Shown in pieces: positions 1 to 13,619 of a stretch of 64,000 bases of DNA. Position numbers and translations under genes: made by a program. The notes under the pieces are model-generated. The model was not told the DNA's origin. It was given only the letters and a program-made list of their open reading frames with translations, and did no database searches. The number at the start of each line of letters is the position of its first letter. Position 1 is the stretch's first letter. Location of the stretch: positions 558,001-622,000 of the forward strand of contig NC_089433.1 of the NCBI RefSeq assembly GCF_026210795.1. Direction: 5' to 3'. Origin of the DNA: Rhizophagus irregularis. Taxonomy: Eukaryota.

Positions 1-89
1 GGTTAGACTATGGAATCATTGGGCCATTATAATAGAATATTCATCTGAATTATCCAAATCAAAACAGGAACAGAAATCTACGAAAGATA

Positions 90-520
90 AAACGGAAACG
101 TTAGTAACGTTTCTTAAGTTAATTTAATTCCGAATAGAACGTAACCTTACAACTTACCCAGGTAAGTTCCACCGTTCCCTACAAAAACAAAGGAAAAAGG
201 AAACGTTAGCAATGATGTTCCTTAAGCCAATTTTGAATAGAACGCCACTCTTAAAACTTACCCAGGAAAGTTTCAGGTCTTCAAGGCCGTTCCCTACAAA
301 AACAAAGGAAAAACAAAACGCTAACAATGTTTCTTAAGCCAATTCCGAATAGAACGCCACCATTACAACTTACTCAGGTAAGTTTCAGGTCTTCAAGGCC
401 GTTCCCTACAAAAACAAAGGAAAAACGAAACGTTAGAAACGTTTCTTAAGTATTAAAAAAAACCTTTGTCCCCAACTTACGAAATCGTTTCCAAGACTTC
501 AAGAGTCCGTTCCCTATAAA
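90..520. repeat. ~115-bp tandem repeat (about 4 units) inside Helitron copy A
   Basis: Recurring gtttcttaag..ccgaatagaacg..acttacccaggtaag..ccgttccctacaaaaacaaagg; mirrored at ~20620-21040. Confidence 0.85.
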
Positions 521-1811
521 ATATAAAAAATAAACGTTAATAAAATTTCTAAAAAGTGAATTTAAAAATTTTTTGATATTTACCTTTCAAGTCGAGTCCT
601 AAATAAGGTTCCGTGTTCCTGATTTTATATTTGAAATTTTTTTTTTTAAAAAAGAAAAATCGAAATCTCGAAATCCAAAAAAATTTATATAAAAAAAAAT
701 AAAAATCCGGTTTAAAACCGAAAAAAATAATGAAAAAATAAAAAATAAAAAAAAATTCGGTTTGAAAAAAACCGATAAAAAAAATCAAATAACAAAAAAA
801 GCCATAACGGGAAATAAAAAATGTTTATATAAGAAAAAAAAATTATATAAAAAAAAATATTTACCGATACGAAATTTTTTTTTATTTAAAAATCAGAAAA
901 AAAGAAAAAAAAGAGATCGATAAATAATTTATCGAATCTGATTTATTTAGTCCAATCAAATTTGATTGTCGAAAATTATTTCGGTCATTCGTTTCGACGT
1001 AATTACAATACGGCCTTGTGTGACATTCGGAACTACAGTATTGGAATCTTTTTTTTTTTTTTTTTTACGATGACAAACGCATATTTATTTAATTATAATA
1101 CCTTTGTAAATGGTATATTGCGCACAAATACAAATACAAGCTATAGAATAATCTCAATATACCCATTGAAATTGAGTAGGTAAAACCCACTCGCTCTCTC
1201 CATGTCAAAGCGACTCCCGTCCCCGATCAACACCTTTAACCACTACACCAACCTATTTAGAACTATCTACATACATGGGTATATCTCGCTAGTCTATACT
1301 ATACTACCCAAACTACTTTTTATTTTTACCCTTTTTCTTTTTTCGGCCCATCCAGGGTTCCCGGCCCAGGGTTCTTTTTCTTTTTTAACTTTAACTTCTC
1401 TCAAACCGTCTTCTGATTCTTTGAAATCCACGTCGCTGCGTGTTCCCTGTATACGCTTCTTGACTTCTTTTATATAATCTTCATCCTCCGATGATGATGA
1501 CGATGTAGGCGGTAAAAATCCACTACCCTTCGATATAGCAAATGGGTTACGATTCGTATACAGTATCGTTCTGAGGATGAGGATTTGAAATTAGTGTAGT
1601 ATGATTAACAGTTTAATATACATCACTTATTGTTAACAAATATTTTATTTATATAAAGAAAATGCGAAATACAGATAAGAAAAAACAAAAAGAGAATGAT
1701 ATATTTATAAAGAGATATAAAGGGATATAATAAAATGGAAAATAAGAAATGTAGAGAACGAAGAATCAAAAAAATAGAACTATCAAAAGTAAAAAAGCGA
1801 AATGTAAAAAG

Positions 1812-2873
1812 CTAATTAGGGTTATCTGAATTATTATTGGAATCAGTGGCGGCAAGAACGTCTGAAGCGATATCTGCTAATTTTTGTAATTTGTTAACAC
1901 GAAAAGATGATCTTGTTTTTCTTTTTGTAGGTTGTTTGGGTTGTTGCAAGTTTTTATGGATTGTTTTCGCGTTAGTATGTGTGTTTGCTGCTGGCGGAGT
2001 AGAGATTGTTTTCGTGTTAGTATGTGTGTTTGCTGCTGGCGGAGTAGAAGAGGAAGTGGTATTTGTTGTTGAAGTAGGAGGTAGTTGAGGCTTGATGGGT
2101 GATGCATCAGGACTTGAAACAGGTGATTTTAAGGAATTTAGCCATGGCATACGTTTTGTTGGGGATGAAGTGATAGGAGATTGTTGGCCTCGAAGGAAAC
2201 TAAAGTTGTGTAGCTCTAAATAGAGCTTGCCTTCGATTGATGATAGTGTGCCTGAAAAAAAAACAGATGATCCTCGTTTAACAATGGTGGTTTGATTCAT
2301 AAACCTGCTACCGGTTGGATGAAATAACGTAATTGGCACTTCAGTAGGTTTATCTTTTGATAAATAATCGGTAATAACACATTCTATTTGAATACCAATA
2401 TCAGTAATTAGAGCAGGTTCAGATGCCATAGCGACACCAACTACATTAATTTGGTGTACTGGAAGATTTTCGGGCAATATATCCAAAATAGTGGCCGAAG
2501 TTAAGATAATCTAAATTGGTTAATAATAATTTTTTTCAATATTCTTTCCCTTTTTTTCTTGAAGTTTAATTAAAATACATGATTAAATTTTATTTATTTA
2601 CAAAAATTGAATACTTACGTCAAGTTCATTATTTTTAGCACTTTTACTAAATTTAGAATTTGCAATTGATAAAACTTGTCCTTCGCTCAATTTCGGTACA
2701 TAACATGGCTTAGTTTCGTCTACAGGATAAAATACTGTAATGTTGAAAGTTTGTACAGCCTCTCCTTCCTCCTCGAGCCGAGCGTATCCAAGAGCAGAAC
2801 CCACGAAAAAGTCACTTGAGGTTCTTTCTTTGTAATCTGATACATATAGTATCGTCGAAAGTTGGGCAGGTAT
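1812..2873 (-). pseudogene. Copy of the Helitron accessory (putative OB-fold) gene with start codon changed ATG>ATA
   Basis: Same protein as 18261-19322 except one V>I; C>T at 2871 removes the ATG. Confidence 0.75.
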
Positions 2874-3395
2874 TATTGATATATATATATAAAGACAGGT
2901 AAAAGAAAATAGGAAAAGAAAAAAATTTTTTTTTCATTCAAATTAAAAGGACTAGATAATTTATTTTAGATAAAGATAAAAAATAATCGGTCATTTTTTT
3001 TCATTATCTATGTGAATTTTTTTTTTTTTTTTTTTTTATCATTATCATCTGTGGAATGTATTTTTTTAGAAATAACAACGAGAAAAAAATCAGAAATAGA
3101 AATATAGCGCTATCATTTTTTCAAAAATCACAGAATCATATGATTTTTTTTTTTATACAAAATTTTATCGAAAGAAATTGTAGCCACACTTTTGAAAAAA
3201 ATTTTTTTACTAAACAAAAAAAGAAATTGTAGCCACACTTTTTTGAGTTACACTTTTTTTTAGTTAGGGGAAAAAAAAAAAAAAATTTTTTTTTCATTTT
3301 CGTTTTAAATTTTTTTTTCAAAAAGAAAATATATAATAAAAAGATCAGCAAAGATCAACAAAATCGAAATGAATGTAAAAATTTATTAATTGATG

Positions 3396-6300
3396 AGGAC
3401 CCCGAAATATATATATAGAGGTGGGGTGCAAGGTTGCGTCGTCACCATATAAACTTTTTTTGAGGTTAGATTTTGATTTGCGTACAATCAATGGATTTTT
3501 TAGCCAAAGTCATGTTATCAGTTTGCGTATTTTTGATAAATTTTTTATAAGTAAGGGGTTTGATTTGCGTATTTTTGATACTAATTTGATATACACGTAT
3601 TTATATATATACGCACGTGATAAGTAGATTTAAATATACTAATTGATCTGCATAGTTATGCAAGATATATCATAGATACATCTCTTTTTTTTTTACTTAT
3701 TTCGAAAGATGTCAAGTTGGAAATACAGTTACGAAAGGCTTTTAAAGCATAAATATGTTGCTTGTATTATACATCCTAAAAAAGTAGTGTGTATTTGTGG
3801 CAAAGAAATCAAACTTAATCGAAAGTGGGAAGAGGACTATCTTGACCGTCATGTTCGTCGTTCTGGTTGCAAAGCGGATGAAGGTCAAAGAACATTATAT
3901 AATTGGTTTCAACCAGCGAAGTTAAAACAAAATGAACAAATTGAGGAGGAAGAGGAATATGATTCTGATATATATGACAATATGGATGACGATGATATAG
4001 TGCGAATTGATGAAGAAAATGAAGATGATCAAAATCAAGATGATCAAGATGATCAAAATGAATATTTAGCTATTAATATTAATGAAACATTAGATAATAA
4101 AAATAGTAGCAAAAATGCTAAAAAAAGAAAATTAATTTGTATTGGCCTTCGGTCTACAGAAATATCAAGTTACATTAAACGGACTCCTGCACAGTTTGGT
4201 GGTAGTCGTCGTATTGAGATTGTTGCACGTGAGCTTTTTCCTAACCTGTTTCCATATAAGTTCAATAGAAAAAAATTGAATTCTAAACAAAAAAGGTTAT
4301 TAAACCGTGCACTTTTTGCAGAATCTATATGGAAAATCGACCGATCATGTAAGTAGTTCACTAAATATGTGATCTCCAATATTAATTTCTGCTTTATTAA
4401 TAACTATTTATTTCTTTAAATAAGGTAATGCAATACGTGCAAAAAGTTGTACTGGAGTTGCTGAAGAGGGAAATATATGCCATGAGTGTTCTTTTATTCG
4501 GTATAATAAAATTTTACGCAATAGAATAGTGCAACCTTTACCATTACCTGATAATATCAAATTTACGCCCAAATATTATTGGGAAGACAATCCTTTAAAA
4601 CGATATCTTCAGAATTGTGACCTTCGTGACATTTGGAATACACTTAATAATGAATCGGAAAATCAACAAGAGAATCCGTGGATTATCCTTGCCAATAAAG
4701 CTATAAAAGGTGCTTTTAAGGATATGCCAGTATTTACTGGTCTTTGTGAGGTTATGGGTAATGCAATTGAACGAAAAATCAATAACAAATCTAAAAGAAA
4801 TTTAAAATATAGCGAAGAATTTACCAATTTTTTAACTATTTTGGGAGGAATAAGTTCAAGGGCCTTAGAATTGTTCAGACAAAATTTAGAAGGTCGTTCA
4901 CTTCAATCAATTCGGTTAGTTAATTTAATATTTTTAAATATAAATTGTTTAAATTTTGATTTCTAATTGTTTTAACTAAATTTATTAGACAATTAAGAAG
5001 AAATAATGAAGATTATTTAACGAATCCAGAACTATGTTATGAAAATGTAGCAAGATTTAAAAGATTAGTTGATTCAATAAATTATAATGGTCCAGTTTCA
5101 GCAATGACCGATAATACAAAACTCAAGTCACGATTACGGTATTCTCCTAATCTTGGTTGTATTATTGGATCAGTATTTTCAAAAAAAGAAGCAGAAATTA
5201 ATACATATAATGATATTCCAAGAATTATTAATAAAATTAAACTAGAAAATGGAATGGCTAAGAATGTTCGCGCATATATTTTACAAGTAAGAATTTAATT
5301 TAAATTATTTATTAATTATTAATTTTCTAATTTATATATTTTATTGTAAAACAGATACCATTACCGGCATTTCCTCCTGTAGTTATTGCTTTAATTCCGA
5401 ATAAAGGAACTGAGACTGCAAATGCAATATCGCAATTACATAAACAATTAGTTTTAGGAATTGCACCACAACTTGGTCTTTGTATACTCTCTTTAGGATC
5501 TGATGGTGCAATAACAGAATTTCAAGCACAACAGTTAATTTTAAACATTCAAACAAATGAAAAGTTAATAATTAAAGAACCTCAATTTAATATTAACTTT
5601 TCTTGTCCAATTTTTAATAATGTTGGTCCTGTAGTAAGGATTCAGGATCCAAAACACGCAAAAAAGACAGCAAGAAATGCCATAATGTCAGGAGCACGAT
5701 TATTAACATTTGGCAACTCTTCAGCCCGATTTGATCATTTTTTACAACTTATTAATCAATATGATTCTATTATGTATAAGAATGATGTTATTAATCTGGA
5801 CCGTCAAGATGATGCAGCTGCTTATCGAACCTTTTGTTCTTCAAATTTTCGACAATGTTTAACAGCTGATTATAAAGTTAAAATTGGAATGGAAGGATTT
5901 GCTATTTATATTTTTGTAATTGGTAATATTAATTGTATACTATATAAATATTTTAAAAATTAATTTTAATTTTAACATTTATTTTTTATTTATAAAAGGA
6001 GAAATCATTGATAGTTATCTAAACCGTAATATTGCACCACTTGAACGAATTAGAATGGTTATGACTGGTTATTTTTTCATTCAATTATGGCGTATCCATA
6101 TAGAAACTCTTTCTCAAAAATATCCTGAATTTATTTCAATACGACAAAACTTTTTAGCAAACCAAACATTTGCTATTTTCATTTCTCTTTGTGAATCACT
6201 TATTTTGTTAATTAAGGCTCATCGTGAATATTATCCACAAGTACCATTTTTACCTTGGTTTCATGGATCTGAGCCTGTGGAACACTTTTTTGGTATTGCG

Positions 6301-8050
6301 CGCCAATTAAATCCAGATTTTGATTTTGCAGATTTAATCCAAATACTTCCTAAAATATCACAGTATTCCAGAGCTTTAAGATCAAAAAAATTATCTTTTA
6401 ATCAAGAAAAAACTGTTCGTCAAGGTAATATTATTTAATTACAAATTTTTTTTTTATTTATTTATTTTTTTTTTAACAATAAATTTTTATTAATTTTATT
6501 ACAGGTTATCATTTTGACTATAATACTGGTAATTTAGAAGAATCAACATTAGAAATATTGAGACTTTGGCCAACAGATGAACAAATTTCACAAACAATAA
6601 AGCATTCACGCTACTTAGCTTGTGAACTTGCCGAATTTCTTGGAATGATTCAACCTGCAGATATCGCTCTTGAACCAAATTTACAAGTTTTAATCAATAT
6701 TCATGAAAAAGAAGTTTCCATGTCATGCAGAAAACTTCATGATGAAAACGATAAAGAACAAGTTGAAAACGCTGAAATTGACCTAACCACAGCATTAACA
6801 GAAGCATCTCATGAAATGAAGCGTATTTCAACAGAAGAATGTGATAATAATGATGATGATTTATCAAATTTATTCCAAAAAGAGTCTTCACAACTAAATA
6901 TAATTGATCAAATTCAAAAAGATCTCTCTGTTTTATATAATGGAGACAGCAGTAAGTGATAATTTTATTATACTTTAAAATTTATTATTTATTCTTTATT
7001 AATCAAACAATTTCTCAAATATAGTTAACTCCGGATTTCAATATGAAATAGAAGATAACTTAAATTTTGAAATTCTATTACAACAACGGCAAAGACATGA
7101 AGCATATACTTCAAAGCCACTTGAACGAAAATTTAAAACAGTTTCTACAAAAACCAGTGCCATTGCCACTATACAGCCGAATAAAGCTAGTCATTTTGTT
7201 GCTTACTTTACTAAAAATGAAAATCCAGAGCAACGATTTGTTACTCAACGTGAAAAACGATGGAAGGAAACCCGTAAAAAAATGTCTATTACCTTAGCTC
7301 AATTTCATGCTGAAGAATTGGCAAAATTAAAAAAAAAAGCAAACTTTACCTAAAAAGAAGATACAGCAATCTCTTATTCAAAGTGAGTATAATTTCTTGT
7401 TATGTATCTTTTAATTGCAGTCAAGTACTAATATAAATTTATTATTTCCAAAAGTTCCAAATATTGAAACTGCGAATATCTCAAAGGATTTTCCGTTAAT
7501 TAAAGGAGATTATGTTTTCGTTATATATGGTAATCAAATGTGTGTAGGGAGAGTTATTGCAGTTTATTTCGAAGCTTATGGCAATCATTGCTATTCTGAA
7601 GAAGCAATAACAAATTTAGATGATATATCTTATATTTCTTTACATGTTTATATTCCAATCCATCATGTATTTAGTGATTTAACTAGCGAAGGGTGCAATA
7701 TTTTAGCTCATCATCTTGCTTCTAATATCATTTATCATATTGGACCAACTAGTGTGTTAGTTGAAGAAAATGTATTGAAGCTACTGGGAAACGAAAAACA
7801 GTATTATTATAGTTATTTTGGTCGAAAAGATGTAATTGAAACAATACGATAGTGTTTTACATTTAAAATTTATAATAAACAACGGCAAATCACATGATGA
7901 TTAAGTCATAAGCTTGGTTTGCTTATTTTTTCTAACTATTTGAGGTTAAGTGTCAAATTTGCGTACTGACCTTATTAAAAACCCTTGCGTACAGCTATTA
8001 GTAAAAAATTTTTGTGTCCTCTGACCTCTATATATATATTTCGGGGTCCT
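3396..8050 (+). mobile_element. DNA transposon, P-element-like, TIR ~27 bp, 8-bp TSD AATTGATG
   Basis: Left end AGGACCCCGAAATATATATATAGAGGT, right end ACCTCTATATATATATTTCGGGGTCCT; AATTGATG at 3388-3395 and 8051-8058; single AATTGATG at the orthologous site in copy B (~17740, minus strand). Confidence 0.95.
3709..7852 (+). CDS. DDE transposase, P-element/THAP9-like; 8 exons (3709-4348, 4425-4914, 4989-5286, 5355-5922, 5999-6424, 6505-6951, 7025-~7382, 7455-7852); probable +1 frameshift in A-run ~7329-7338
   Basis: GT-AG introns keep the frame; motifs MTDNTKL, LGSDGA, QDPKHAKKTARN (D-x2-H-x2-K-x2-RN) and SEPVEHFFGIAR; N-terminal Cys/His cluster. Confidence 0.75.
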
Positions 8051-8149
8051 AATTGATGCCATTAAGTTAACGTACAATGAAAGTGGCACAAAAGTGAATA
8101 ATTTTCAATTTTATTCTATGATATCAAAGAAGCAATATTGCGATATTGC

Positions 8150-8225
8150 GTCTATAGCAATAGCTATAGCTATAGCAATAGCAATAGCAATAGCAATAGC
8201 TAATAGCTATATAGCTATAGTATAA
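8150..8225. repeat. (ATAGCA/ATAGCT)n microsatellite near 5' end of copy A
   Basis: Seen directly; longer version at 17549-17645. Confidence 0.9.
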
Positions 8226-8375
8226 GATTCAACTACGAAGTTCACATGGTGCATTCCCAAAAAGATGAAAATCTGCATGAAGATCGGAGGACAAACTACA
8301 AATTAAGCGAAAAAGTGAATAAATAAGGAAGGTCATGCAGGATGATCACCACTTCAGAAATATACTATCGCCAAT

Positions 8376-8965
8376 CTACCGTGCTACCTCCAAAATATAT
8401 ATGATTTTGAAGACTTTGCAGATTGAAGTATTTGATATGCGCGTTTTGTCAATAGACTGTTCTCTACCAAAATGTTGCTTTTTAACATTTTTATCTATTC
8501 CCAAACTTCTATCAATTTCATTAAGTTTATTACACCTCACTTTCCAAAAAATCATAGATTTATCCAAAATTTCATTCCTAAAATTGTATGACAAAATTCA
8601 ACTTTCGATTTCGTAGATAATAATTGTTTGAAGAAGCTAATTAACGAAACCTTTAATTAAATCTATGAAAGTTATGTCACTTATGTGATCCTCAGATACT
8701 ACAAGCTTCCAAATATCATTAATATTCTTAACATGTTCCAAAGTGATATGATTATTAGGATCTAAAAGCTTATTCATTTCTTGAAAAAGTCGTGATTATA
8801 TTCCAGAAATTAAATCTTTCATATCACTTCGTCTTTCTTCACAAATCCAAATATGATTGAAATCCTCTTCATCCTCTTCACACATAGGACAAAACCTTTC
8901 TTTATATAGTGAAAATAAAGTCCTTTTAATTTGTTCAATGCAAGGAAGTTCTTCAATCAGATATT
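8376..8965 (-). mobile_element. Degenerate 3' fragment of a non-LTR retrotransposon ORF (C-terminal CCHC finger)
   Basis: Minus strand reads LIEELPCIEQIKR...FCPMCEEDEEDFNHIWIC, a zf-RVT-like motif; frame is broken. Confidence 0.6.
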
Positions 8966-9439
8966 GTATAAATAAAATTTTCTGATTTATTTTTTTATTT
9001 TTTTTAGATCGTTATAGATTTTTCAGAATTTTTTTTAAAAATTTTTTTTTCTAATAATAGGTATAATACGTTGTATATTCTGATTTTAAATTTTTTTCTA
9101 ATAATAATAAATAGTTATTGGATGAGGGAGTAGCTAAATTGGTCACAGGACTGAATGATTGGATGACGTAGTGGCCATTTTCACCAATCAATGAAGGTCC
9201 CTGTGACCAATATAGCCCACATCCAAGAAGTGTGTTATCGTTCTGACGTTTTTGATCATGCATTAATTAATAACATCATAAATAAAATTTTATAAATTTC
9301 ATTTTTATGCTATTTTTAATCCGCTTTATAAACTTTATTTAGCTTTATTTAAACTTTTCCTACAAAATATTCATTTGCACCATATTTTTTACTCCACTAT
9401 TATATATCAATCATGTGTTATTGATATGCCTAATAAAAT

Positions 9440-9960
9440 ACGGTCTATGAAAATCTGCATGATCCTATTGGGCTGAACGATAACAGTATATATGGAGTAA
9501 TACCTTATATTGCACCAGAAATATTTAAAGGCGTCAAATTTTCTAAATCATCTGATATTTATTGTATGATTATGTGGGAATTAACAACTGGTTGTAAACC
9601 TTTTGCTAATGTTGAACATGATGTTGATTTAATTTATAAAATTATTGATGGAAAACGGCCTAATATTACTGATGGCACTCCCGAAGATTTTGCTAATTTA
9701 ATGAAAATCCTGATCCTAAAAAGAGACCTTCAGCAACTGATGTTTGTGAAATTTTTAATTCTTGGTCAAATATGGGAATGGATGCCAAATATTTTAATCA
9801 AGCTGAAGAAGTAAGATTAGAATTAATGAAATCAAAAATGCTTCAACAATAAAGGTATTAAGTTATTATTTTTAATCAGTATGTAAAGGAATTTATTAAT
9901 TACTTGATTCTTTTTCTTTAGAATATATTACAAAAGAATATGTGTTCGATATAAACTAAT
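9440..9960 (+). pseudogene. Protein kinase (TKL-like) C-lobe fragment
   Basis: YGVIPYIAPEIF, SDIY, MWELTTGCKPF motifs with frameshifts; no N-lobe. Confidence 0.85.
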
Positions 9961-12900
9961 TGTTTTGGCCAATTCAGTATCAAAATAAGTTTTCAGAAGT
10001 AATCCAATAATTTCAAGGAAACAAGATGCAACTTGAAGATTTTACTAAACTAGAAATATGCGTTCATTATTGGGATTTCATCCCCACCATGATGATACTA
10101 ATGTACATTATTTTATTTTTATTAGAAAAAAAGTTAAAAAAAGATTTTATATCTATAACGATCTATTGGCATTATTAAAAAAAAATCGGAAAATTTTATT
10201 TATACAATATCTGTCTTATGTATACCGATCTATTGTCATGATTAGAAAAAAAAAATTTTAAAAAAAAAAATTCTGAAAGATTTTGTTTTCGAAATTTGGG
10301 ACGATTAGTTCTTTGGCCAGTTCGCCCTTTGTCCGAATCGTCCAAAATACGACTCATCTTCCGGCCAAATCATCCATTGTACGGATCGCCCATCACAGCC
10401 ACAATTGGTTCCCACTAAGCCATACGCCACATTACACTAATAAATCATATAAATAAACTATATAAATAAAAGAAACTATACTATATAAATAAAATATATA
10501 AAAAAAATTCCCATGTCTAAAATTCCCGTGACAGTACTGTATCACATGATTATTAACACAAATGAAAATGTTTTTAAGAACACAAGTTTTCTTTCTTATA
10601 CTATATATATTATATATTAATGTTATTATTTTTTCAACAACTTATCAATTCACTTAAAATAATTACTATACTGCTTTGTTATTTTTATAATAAAATGATA
10701 ATCTTTATAAGAAATATGTGTTCCAAAATCAAAATAAAGACTTCCAACACTATTGTTATTTCATTGACATAAGTTAAAATTTAAGTTATAAAAATTTTAA
10801 TGATTAATATACTTTTAATTAATAAAAAAGCATTATTTTTATTTTTAATTTATCAATTAATTTACAAGCAAACGGAAACATATTTGAAACACAACAATTG
10901 ACAGGAAACAACTGATTAAAAGTTTTGTTGGTAAGAATTTCATGCTGAAACTGGCGGTTATTCTTCTGTTAATAGAAAATGCACTTCATTTCATTAACAA
11001 TTAAGAATACAACAATTATACCGCTCTCCAATAATCATTTTATTGGAATAGCCAGGCAACGGCGGAGTTCGATTTTCTTACAAAACATTCCCTATTTAGG
11101 GTTAATTCTTTGGAAAGAATAAACACTTGTATATTAAAATTTTTTCACTTTAGATAAGCATGCGACAATTTTTATTGTAAATAAATTTAAGTACAACATT
11201 CTGAATAGAAATTTAAACAAATCATTACGTGATCTGATATGTTTATGTGGCTTCTTAAAAAGTATATCAAATATATAATCATAATTGTAAATTAAACAAA
11301 TTACAAATTGCCAAATCATTGATAAAAGTTAAAGATCAGGTGGCTATGCCCACTCCTAACTTAGCTCTAAACTTGTGTATATATGTGGCTTTGTTAAAAG
11401 CCATCATGACAATGTAACTTCCCAGCCAAAACCAATAAGCCCCAAAATTTAGTATGTATAAATCAACTAATTCTCCTGATTTTTTTTTTTATGTACATTA
11501 GATTCAAAATTTTAAATGTTCTCATTGAAAATTTTAATTAATAACTTATAAATAAATTTTACAAAATCATCTCGTGAATATCTAATATAAACAGCTAAAA
11601 GTGGGAATTTTTTGACATCTGAAACCCAATTTTCTATAATAATAAGGAAATAAATCATCACTATAATTAATTCCATATTCCCTTAATTGCATTTTTATAT
11701 CTATCATCACTCAAATTATATAAATAAACTCCAACATAATAATAATTTTTAGGATCTTTTAATGAAAATGGATTTTCCCAAGGGAGCTGTACTGCTGGTA
11801 TACACCAATAATCACACAAATCCAGATAATTTAGAGATTGATTATTAGATAGAAAAAACCAAGTATTTACAGCAATTGGAACTACAGGCCTATATGAAAC
11901 CATCTCTTTAAGAAGAATGACCATCATCTATACACTTTAAATTCAATATATTCAATATACTTATACATTAAATTCAATATTTCAATATTTTACATTCAAT
12001 TATACTTAGTATACTTTAAATTCAATATTTCATCAACTGAAGATTTATATTCTTGTACATTAGTATCAAGAAATTGGTGCAGAATATCAATACCACTCTT
12101 ATATGCTTATCTGTTTCAATATTTTTGTCATTTAATGCATTCACTTTTCATCAAAACTTTCAGATTTATTATTATCACCATATTTTAAATTGATTCATAC
12201 ATTATTAAGTTGTATTCATAAATTTGAAGTTGAACAGATTATTTAATATTTTACTTTAAATTCAATATCTTACTTTATTTCATAAATTCTTTATTCTTTA
12301 AACAATTTCTTTATTTATTCTAATTGTTTATCATATAGAAATTAAGGGAGAAAAACAATTTTATTCCCAAGACAAGCATATGATCATGGTTAAAAGATTA
12401 ATATCATATCTAGCTTCAATTTAGATATTATGACTTTTATTCTCTGAGTACAATACTCCAACAAATCAATATTAAATCAATAATAATAACAATTTATTAT
12501 CCATTAGAAACAAAATAATTTATGATACACAATCATTTATCATGGTTGACAATCATATGAAAACATTGGTAATAGATTCAAACTGCAAAGAAATTAAAAA
12601 CATATATAATCAATAGTATGAAAATGGATATTTGGGATACAAATTCTCACATTATTAACTTTTAAAATAGAGTTCATTTCACCAGAAAATTTGAATTATC
12701 AAACTAGAAAACTTAATAGAATTGATGAAATTATAAGGCACCTACCATAACATATATGCCCATACTATAAAATAGAAAGCCTGCTATGCTTTGAAAATTG
12801 GCAATATGAATCTTCCCCATAAAAAATTCACAATGTGGCAAATACTAAATGTATTACAAAATCTGATTTGATTTAAATTTAATTATACATAAAACACGTA

Positions 12901-13328
12901 AAATAATAATTTTTACATAATTTTGTAAAAATCTAATGATAATATAATAAAAAAGATAACTTTTTATAGTGCATTTTAAATATGGACATTACAAAAGTTT
13001 GTACTGCCTGTGGACAAATAAAACTAATACGTGAATTTATAGATTTTGAGGCTAAAAATACTACAAAACTAGAAATATGCGTTTATTATCAGGGACTTTA
13101 TCCCCATAATAATAATAAATTACATTATTTTATTATTATTACTAAATCTTACTGCAGGCGATTTTACAGGTCACATAATTATGGCCAAAATATAATTCTG
13201 GCCAAAGTTTACATACCATAATAAAGTGTTATTGACTATTTTAGTTATTAAATAGGCCACTTTTTTAATTTTAATAATAAATAAATTGAGCAATTTTTAT
13301 TAAAAATAATAAAATTTTTTATTAATGA

Positions 13329-13615
13329 ATTACTGTAAGGAAGGCATTCAAATGCCTTCCTTTGAAAATTTTCTCATGATTGCTATCCAATAAATTTCAT
13401 GATCGTGACCTTTTTTTATTAATTAATTACCGTAAGGAAGGCATTCAAATGCCTTCCTTTGAAAATTTTCTCGTGATTGCTATCCAATAAATGTCACGAT
13501 CATGATCTTTTTTTTAATTAATTACTGTAATAAGGAAGGCATTCAAACGCCTTCCTTTGAAAATTTTCTCATGATTGCTATCCAATAAATTTCGTGATCA
13601 TGACCTTTTTTTTAT
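13329..13615. repeat. 3 x ~97-bp tandem repeat, each with palindrome AAGGAAGGCATT-CA-AATGCCTTCCTT
   Basis: Three near-identical units. Confidence 0.9.
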
Positions 13616-13619
13616 TAAT

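Larger units (their letters stand above)
1..8374 (-). mobile_element. Helitron-like element copy A (5' part; continues past window start), interrupted by TIR transposon 3396-8050
   Basis: 1-3395 plus 8051-8374 is the near-identical reverse complement of 17385-21130; homology stops at A|TTGGCG (8374). Confidence 0.9.

Noticed and set aside
549..1477. F/K-rich short ORFs (also 3136-3351, 20063-20518)
   Set aside because: Arise from A/T runs, and frames are not conserved between the two near-identical copies.
13329..13615. Palindromic repeats as CRISPR
   Set aside because: The intervening sequences are also repeated, so it is a tandem repeat.
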